DNA of 64,000 nt from Candidatus Hadarchaeota archaeon (GTDB lineage: Archaea; Hadarchaeota; Hadarchaeia; Hadarchaeales; JAGGTB01): the NCBI GenBank assembly GCA_964384105.1, contig CAYLJV010000001.1, positions 608,001 to 672,000 of the forward strand, written 5' to 3'. Below, piece by piece: positions 58,279 through 64,000 of this stretch. A model generated the notes under the pieces. The model saw only the letters and a list, made by a program, of their open reading frames with translations. It did no database searches and was not told the DNA's origin. Positions within the stretch are counted from its first letter, which is position 1. Every line of letters begins with the position of its first letter. Made by a program: the position numbers and the translations under genes.

Positions 58279-58416
58279 GATTTTGGAGATAATTGAATGA
58301 TATTAAAGTCAGTTTCATTTTTTCTGGGGTCTATATACTTGTTCTTATCTTTTGTTGAAAATAAAAGGTAAATTGTTTTATGGTATGTTCTAAAATGGGT
58401 ATAAAGTGGGTAATAC

Positions 58417-59622
58417 ATGAAAAGGCTAGCTGACTACAGGAATCTAGTGGGCGAATCAAAGGTTTCCGAAATCTATCGAAAGGGGAGTAAGCTTTCTAAA
58501 TACCATATTCTACACGTTAACTCCACTTATTATGGTGGTGGAGTAGCAGAAATATTGAGGAATATGACTCTGTTACTGAATGAAATTGGAGTAGATTGTG
58601 GTTGGCGTGCGATGATTGGGAGTCCAGATTTCTTCAGGGTAACTAAAAAATTTCATAATGCCTTACAAGGTGCTGAAATAAATCTGACCCGCATGAAAAA
58701 GAAGGTTTATGAAGCAGCGAGCGAGGAATTCTCTACATTTACTCATGTCGATCATGATCTGGTTATTATCCATGACCCACAGCCGCTCCCCCTGATAACT
58801 TGTTACCGGAAACATCAGCCATGGATGTGGAGATGCCATATTGATCTTTCGGCTCCAAATGAGGAATTGTGGGATTATTTGAAGTCTTTCATAATTTCAT
58901 ACGATCAGAATATATTTCAAATGGATGAATTTGCGGCAAAAGGTGTATCAGGTGACTATAAGATTATCAGACCCTCGATAGATCCTTTGACGGTTAAAAA
59001 CCGCGATATCGGAAAAAAAACAGTAAATAAATATCTAAAAAAATTTGGAATAGATCCATCTAGGCCAATTATCTCTCAGATATCTCGATTTGATAGGTTT
59101 AAGGATCCTTTAGGCGTTCTTGAAGTATTCAAGAGGGTAAAAGAAGAGATGGATTGTCAGTTGGTTATGATCGGTTCAATGGCTACAGATGATCCAGAGG
59201 GTCAGGAAGTCTATGACCAAACTAGAAGAGAAGCAAACGGGACGGATGATGTAATATTGATCGCTGATGCTCACGATATAGTAGTAAATGCTGTACAAAG
59301 AGCATCTGATGTGGTCTTGCAAAAGTCCCTGAAAGAAGGATTTGGTCTCACTGTTTCAGAAGCGTTGTGGAAGGAGACACCTGTTGTGGGAGCCAATATT
59401 GGTGGTATACCAACTCAGATAGTAGACGGTGAAACTGGATATCTTATTGATCCCGAAAACTTAGATGAAGTCGCTGAAAGGGTTATGGATATTCTGTCTG
59501 ATGAGCATTTGAAAGATGAAATGGGTAAGAAAGGTAAAGAAAGGGTGAGGAAGAAGTTCCTCATAACTCGCCAGATTGAAGATTGGTTGGATGTTTGGTT
59601 GGATTTTTTACCCCAGCTGTGA
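58417..59622 (+). CDS. treT: Trehalose glycosyltransferring synthase (GT4)
   Basis: HVNST..GGGVAEIL, TKKFHNALQG, IHDPQP, WRCHID, SRFD.FKDP.GV, DDPEG, QKS.KEGFGLTVSEALWK. Confidence 0.92.
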   Translation: MKRLADYRNLVGESKVSEIYRKGSKLSKYHILHVNSTYYGGGVAEILRNMTLLLNEIGVDCGWRAMIGSPDFFRVTKKFHNALQGAEINLTRMKKKVYEAASEEFSTFTHVDHDLVIIHDPQPLPLITCYRKHQPWMWRCHIDLSAPNEELWDYLKSFIISYDQNIFQMDEFAAKGVSGDYKIIRPSIDPLTVKNRDIGKKTVNKYLKKFGIDPSRPIISQISRFDRFKDPLGVLEVFKRVKEEMDCQLVMIGSMATDDPEGQEVYDQTRREANGTDDVILIADAHDIVVNAVQRASDVVLQKSLKEGFGLTVSEALWKETPVVGANIGGIPTQIVDGETGYLIDPENLDEVAERVMDILSDEHLKDEMGKKGKERVRKKFLITRQIEDWLDVWLDFLPQL

Positions 59623-59652
59623 TTAAGGATTGATCTACTGGTTTGTTTTTCA

Positions 59653-60465
59653 ATGAAAGAGAGAATAACAGATTTCGTTGAGAAAGAAAAGGTAGTAGAG
59701 TTAGATAAGAGAGACAAGGCGGTATTTGTAGGAGATACTCATGGTGACCTCGAAGCATCGGAAAAAATATGGGATTTTTTTAGAGATGAAGTGATCGGAG
59801 GACAAACATATCTGGTTTTTCTGGGGGATTACGTTGATAGGGGAGCTAAATCAAAAGAAAATATTGATTTTTTGCTTTCAAAAAAGAGAGAATGCTCAAA
59901 CGGGATTATTCTCTTACTTGGAAATCATGAGGCATATCATCTCAAAAATTTGACACCTGCGGATTTTTGGAAAAGTTTGGGTGAAGATGAGTACGATTAC
60001 TATAAAGACCTATTGTCTTTACCTTGGATTGCTGAGACCCGTAACTTGGCGGCTATGCATGGGGCTTTGCCTTTTGTCTCAAATTTAAGTTATTTGAAAA
60101 ATTCAGATGAATCTGTGTTCGAAAAAGAAAATGAAGTTGGATTTCCCATTTGGGTATCTGTGACTTGGGGTGACCTGAATTATGATATCTCAGGAGCACA
60201 GATTGATCCTCTTACCTGTAGACCTCAGTTTGGAAAAGAGATATTCTTGAAATATATGCAAAAGCTTGGGTGGAACATTCTGATAAGGTCACATCAACCG
60301 GGAATGCAGGGCTGGTCTTTTTCCAATAACGTGCTAACAATTTTTACATCCCAAGCTTATGTGGATATGAATCGAGCACAAGAAAGAAGTATAGCGGTGG
60401 TCGATTTGAGGGAATGTGTTGAAAGAAAAAGGAATATAGAAATTTTGAGCTTGAAAGAGTTTTGA
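59653..60465 (+). CDS. PPP-family Ser/Thr protein phosphatase-like metallophosphoesterase
   Basis: GDTHG, GDYVDRG, GNHE, HG, W.D, FG, IRSHQ, TIFTS. Confidence 0.85.
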   Translation: MKERITDFVEKEKVVELDKRDKAVFVGDTHGDLEASEKIWDFFRDEVIGGQTYLVFLGDYVDRGAKSKENIDFLLSKKRECSNGIILLLGNHEAYHLKNLTPADFWKSLGEDEYDYYKDLLSLPWIAETRNLAAMHGALPFVSNLSYLKNSDESVFEKENEVGFPIWVSVTWGDLNYDISGAQIDPLTCRPQFGKEIFLKYMQKLGWNILIRSHQPGMQGWSFSNNVLTIFTSQAYVDMNRAQERSIAVVDLRECVERKRNIEILSLKEF

Positions 60466-60537
60466 GTTTTTTATGAGTCGAGTTTTATGATAATCGCTAC
60501 AAAACCTTTTTTATTCAATATTTTGAATAGTATGCGG

Positions 60538-60609
60538 AGGAGTTATGAAACTCCTAAAGAGAGGCCGGTTCTTCACCTCCCCTGAAGATCTTTTTAAAAT
60601 ACCGGCCTC
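60538..60609. other. GC-rich double stem-loop intergenic element (possible structured RNA)
   Basis: AGGAGTT/AACTCCT hairpin (60538-60555); GAGGCCGGT/ACCGGCCTC stem (60561-60569 with 60601-60609) enclosing TCTTCA/TGAAGA. Confidence 0.45.
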
Positions 60610-60735
60610 CCTCCCCTTTCTACGAAGTAATTCATTCGGCCGCTGGGATTAATTGTTTAAATTCAAAAACTATTGATAATTCAACTAGAATTCTAATATG
60701 ATTTGAACTATAACTATTGATTTAGAGGTGTTAAT

Positions 60736-60945
60736 TTGCGCTATTTTACGATTATTGGGATAATTTTTTTAGTTCTAGGGGTTGTCTTTCTTTTATTTTC
60801 GTTTTTACAAAATTATATTTCGTTTGAAAGTATCCCCTCGTGGCTTATTTACGTTTACAAAGGAGACAATTTTTACTTTGCTACTTCACCTATCCTGATA
60901 CTTATCTCTATTTTGATTATAATTTTGAACTTATTTTTCGATTGA
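60736..60945 (+). CDS. Small two-TM membrane protein
   Basis: RBS GAGGTG; two hydrophobic helices around YKGDNFYF..SP.LI, reminiscent of DUF2905-like proteins. Confidence 0.65.
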   Translation: MRYFTIIGIIFLVLGVVFLLFSFLQNYISFESIPSWLIYVYKGDNFYFATSPILILISILIIILNLFFD

Positions 60946-60989
60946 GCAATAATTAAAAAAAGAAAAGGCTTCGAGAAATGAGTTAAAGC

Positions 60990-61151
60990 TTAAATTGTGC
61001 TAAGTTCGCCGCTTTGAATCTTTTCCACTAGAACGTTCCAATGGTCTTTGGAAAGTTCTAACTTCTCGTTTCCTTCTCCGATCGATGCACCATTCTCTGT
61101 CACCTTTACGGTTGGGCAACAGCCTTTTCCCGAGCATAGAGAAACTTCCAT
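60990..61151 (-). CDS. Small Cys-containing protein (53 aa), absent from the ORF track
   Basis: Perfect RBS GGAGGTGA, then MEVSLCSGKGCCPTVKVTENGASIGEGNEKLELSKDHWNVLVEKIQSGELSTI*. Confidence 0.75.
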   Translation of the reverse strand: MEVSLCSGKGCCPTVKVTENGASIGEGNEKLELSKDHWNVLVEKIQSGELSTI

Positions 61152-61318
61152 ATTATTCACCTCCCAATTCTGATATTCTTCTATTCGAATATTATTAAGT
61201 TTTTACTTTTTATCAGTATTCTTCTCTTATGTAATCTTGGAAGTCACTATTAATAGTTTCAATCTTTATTTGAAAAGGGTTATCAAAAATTTTGGAAAAG
61301 GAATAAGGAGATTGAATT

Positions 61319-63490
61319 ATGGAAATAACTGAGGTTAAGAATAGATACGGGCTTCCAGAGGAAATTGCTGAGGTACTAAAAGAGGAAGGAATAACAAAGC
61401 TGTATCCACCCCAGTCAGAGGCTGTTAAGAAAGGTGTTTTAGAGGGTGAGAATCTTGTCCTTGCAATTCCTACAGCTGCTGGAAAAACATTAGTTTCAGA
61501 ACTTTGTATGCTGAAATCTATTCTGGAGGAGGGCGGGAGCTGTCTCTATACAGTCCCTTTACGGGCTCTCGCGAGCGAAAAGTACGAAGAATTTAAGAAA
61601 AAATATGGGCCACTCGGTATAAAAGTGGGCATTGCAACTGGTGATTATGATGTTCCTAGTTCCGATTTGGCAAAGTACGATATACTGGTAGCTACTTCCG
61701 AAAAAGTAGACTCCCTTCTGAGACATAGGGCTAGTTGGTTAGCTGATTTGACTACTGTTGCAGTTTTTGATGAGATTCATCTTTTGGATGATTCAGGTAG
61801 AGGACCAACTCTGGAAATTTTAATTGCAAGACTTCGTCAGATCAACCCATCCCTTCAGATTTTGGGTCTGAGTGCCACTATTAGCAACTCTCAGGAGATA
61901 GCGGATTGGCTAGATGCTCGTCATCTGAAAAGTGAGTGGAGACCGGTTCCGTTGAAAGAGGGAGTTTATTGTAAGGGGAAGATTGTCTTTGAGGATTTAT
62001 CTGAGAGAAAAATAGAGGATTCTGCAAAAGATAATGTTTCTAAGCTTGCTCTCGATACTTTGAGAAACGGGGAGGGACAAGTTCTGGTTTTTGTTAGTAC
62101 GAGAAAATCCACGGAAGTTGCTGCAAGAAGGGTTTCCAAAAAAATAAAGGAGGTTCTTTCTTCAAAAGAAAAGGAGGAACTTACTGAGATCGCAAGAGAA
62201 ATTGAAGTTGCTCTTGGAGAACCTACTGAAACGTGTAAAAAATTAGCTAGATATGTTGAGAAGGGTGCTGCCTTTCATCATGCGGGCCTTCATCATAAAC
62301 AGAGATCTATTGTTGAGGACGCATTCAGAAAAAATTTAGTTAAGGTTGTGTGCGCTACACCGACACTCGCAGCAGGAGTAAATCTACCGTCTCAAAGGGT
62401 TATTATTAGAGATTATAAGAGATACTCCCCACCTTACGGTATGCAGCCGATACCTGTTTTGGAGTATAAACAGCAGGCAGGCAGAGCTGGTAGACCCGGA
62501 TACGATGAGTATGGAGAATCTGTTTTGATATCGAGTTCGAAAAGTGAACTAGAGAAATTATTCGAGGGCTACATTGATGCAGATCCTGAGAGAATAAGAT
62601 CAAAACTTGCTTCCGAACCTGCGATCAGAAGTCATGTTTTGGGGTCTATAGCTGCGGGTTATGTAAATAGTCTAGACTCTATGCTTGATTTCATTGGCCA
62701 AACCTTTTTTGCTTACCAATTCTCTGCTGATCGAGTCTCGAGCACTGTTGAGAAAGTATTAGACTTTTTGAAAGAGGAGGACATGATTTCGGATAGAGGG
62801 AGATGGCTAAGTGCGACGAAATTTGGAAGAAAAGTCTCCCAACTCTACATTGATCCTTTATCTGGAGTGGAGATCAGAGATGCACTCCTTAATGCAAAAT
62901 CGAGAGGTCCATCTGAAATAGGATTTCTTCACGCAATTTGTGCTACTCCCGATATGAATACCCTCTATCTTCGAAAGGGTGATGAGGGAGATCTTGATCT
63001 ATTCGTGTCTGATTACGATGCTGCTGGGAAGTTTTTAATTGATCCACCAGAAAGGTGGAAACAGCCGCAAAAATATGAATTCTATCTCGCAGAAGTCAAG
63101 ACTGCGAAGATGTTAAGAGACTGGGCCAATGAGAAACCTGAAGATCAAATTCATGAGAAATATGGTATTGGAGCCGGAGATATTAGAAGAAAGGTGAGTA
63201 CAGCTGAGTGGCTATTACACGCAGGATATGAAATTGCAAAGCTTTTTAAAATCGGCAATTCGATTAGACCGCTTCAAGATTTAAGGAAGAGGGTAAGGTA
63301 CGGAATCAAGGAAGAACTTTTAGAATTAGTTAGTTTGAGAGGTCTGGGAAGAGTTAGAGCTAGAAGTCTTTATAACTCAGGCTACAAGAATAAGCAAGAC
63401 CTCAAAAAAGCGAGATTAGAAGAACTTACTAGAGTCAGTCATATTGGAAAGGAGACTGCAAACCGAATTTTGAAACAGGTACAAAGTTAA
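61319..63490 (+). CDS. hel308: Hel308/Hjm Ski2-like DNA helicase
   Basis: LYPPQ, PTAAGKT, PLRALA.EK, DEIH, LSAT, FHHAGL, TPTLAAGVNLP, AGRAGRP, C-terminal HhH. Confidence 0.95.
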   Translation: MEITEVKNRYGLPEEIAEVLKEEGITKLYPPQSEAVKKGVLEGENLVLAIPTAAGKTLVSELCMLKSILEEGGSCLYTVPLRALASEKYEEFKKKYGPLGIKVGIATGDYDVPSSDLAKYDILVATSEKVDSLLRHRASWLADLTTVAVFDEIHLLDDSGRGPTLEILIARLRQINPSLQILGLSATISNSQEIADWLDARHLKSEWRPVPLKEGVYCKGKIVFEDLSERKIEDSAKDNVSKLALDTLRNGEGQVLVFVSTRKSTEVAARRVSKKIKEVLSSKEKEELTEIAREIEVALGEPTETCKKLARYVEKGAAFHHAGLHHKQRSIVEDAFRKNLVKVVCATPTLAAGVNLPSQRVIIRDYKRYSPPYGMQPIPVLEYKQQAGRAGRPGYDEYGESVLISSSKSELEKLFEGYIDADPERIRSKLASEPAIRSHVLGSIAAGYVNSLDSMLDFIGQTFFAYQFSADRVSSTVEKVLDFLKEEDMISDRGRWLSATKFGRKVSQLYIDPLSGVEIRDALLNAKSRGPSEIGFLHAICATPDMNTLYLRKGDEGDLDLFVSDYDAAGKFLIDPPERWKQPQKYEFYLAEVKTAKMLRDWANEKPEDQIHEKYGIGAGDIRRKVSTAEWLLHAGYEIAKLFKIGNSIRPLQDLRKRVRYGIKEELLELVSLRGLGRVRARSLYNSGYKNKQDLKKARLEELTRVSHIGKETANRILKQVQS

Positions 63491-63585
63491 AAAATTTAGT
63501 TAATTGATTTGGTATTTAGATTCTAGCAAGATGTTTAGGAACTTATTTTTGTTTGGATTATACAAATGTCTACAGGAAGGATAAA

Positions 63586-64000
63586 ATGAGACTTCTCAAA
63601 GATATTTTAGACGAGATTAAACCTACTCGTAAAGAACAAGAAAAGCTTGACGAGGTAGCAGGATGCCTCCTACGAGAAGCAGATAGAGTAGCCTCGGAAT
63701 TAGAAACGGAAATAAAACCTAAGTTAGTTGGCTCTGCAGCTAGGGGAACTTGGTTATCGAGTGAGCGAGATATTGACATTTTTTTGTTGTTTCCTGAAAG
63801 CACAGATAGGGAAAGTCTTGAAAAATTGGGGCTAAAGATTGGGAAAGAGATAGCGGGTGAGAAGGGAAGGGAGCAATATGCTGAACATCCGTATATAAAT
63901 ACTCGAATTAACGGTTTTGATGTTGATATAGTTCCTTGCTACGATGTTGCGGATCCATCTAAAATCAAGAGTTCTGTAGATCGGTCACCCTATCATCAAG
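63586..64000 (+). CDS. cca: CCA-adding tRNA nucleotidyltransferase (class I), 5' part; runs off window end
   Basis: Read by hand: MRLLKDILDEIKP...VGSAARGTWLSSERDIDIF...YAEHPY...DVDIVPCY...SSVDRSPYH. Confidence 0.93.
   Translation, partial: MRLLKDILDEIKPTRKEQEKLDEVAGCLLREADRVASELETEIKPKLVGSAARGTWLSSERDIDIFLLFPESTDRESLEKLGLKIGKEIAGEKGREQYAEHPYINTRINGFDVDIVPCYDVADPSKIKSSVDRSPYHQ

Noticed and set aside
60538-60609. SECIS element or tRNA
   Set aside because: No cloverleaf or T-loop, no convincing SECIS core, and no in-frame UGA selenoprotein candidate noticed nearby. Kept only as an unclassified structure.
1-64000. Transposases, integrases, proviral genes, rRNA or tRNA genes
   Set aside because: None recognised in the ORF translations or in the intergenic gaps.

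Overview
A gene-dense archaeal chromosomal segment. Markers include an archaeal histone, fibrillarin/Nop5, GatDE, PolB, RFC, Hel308, NurA-HerA, Elp3, class I CCA-adding enzyme and GGAGGTGA-type RBS. It looks like an anaerobic euryarchaeal-type lineage. Acidic proteins, TreT, alpha-glucan phosphorylase and two AOR-family enzymes would fit a brine/subsurface group such as MSBL1/Hadarchaeota, but that is inference. Most of the window is housekeeping and anaerobic metabolism. I saw no rRNA, tRNA, CRISPR array or transposase. The main candidate for an undescribed system is a tight minus-strand operon at 35657-39835: a GH3-family acyl-acid amido synthetase, a stand-alone 7TM-type membrane sensor, a soluble histidine kinase and a receiver protein. 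This layout resembles a signal-synthase plus receptor (quorum-sensing/hormone-like) module, and a half-TFB protein lies just upstream. Other leads are an apparent single-domain TBP-fold gene next to the histone, a recurring ATTAGTA-N2-TACTAAT operator around a UbiA/wHTH locus, a GC-rich structured intergenic element near 60.55 kb, three small ORFs below the track cut-off, and a flavoprotein with no in-frame canonical start. All family calls come from motif recognition by eye; no searches were run.
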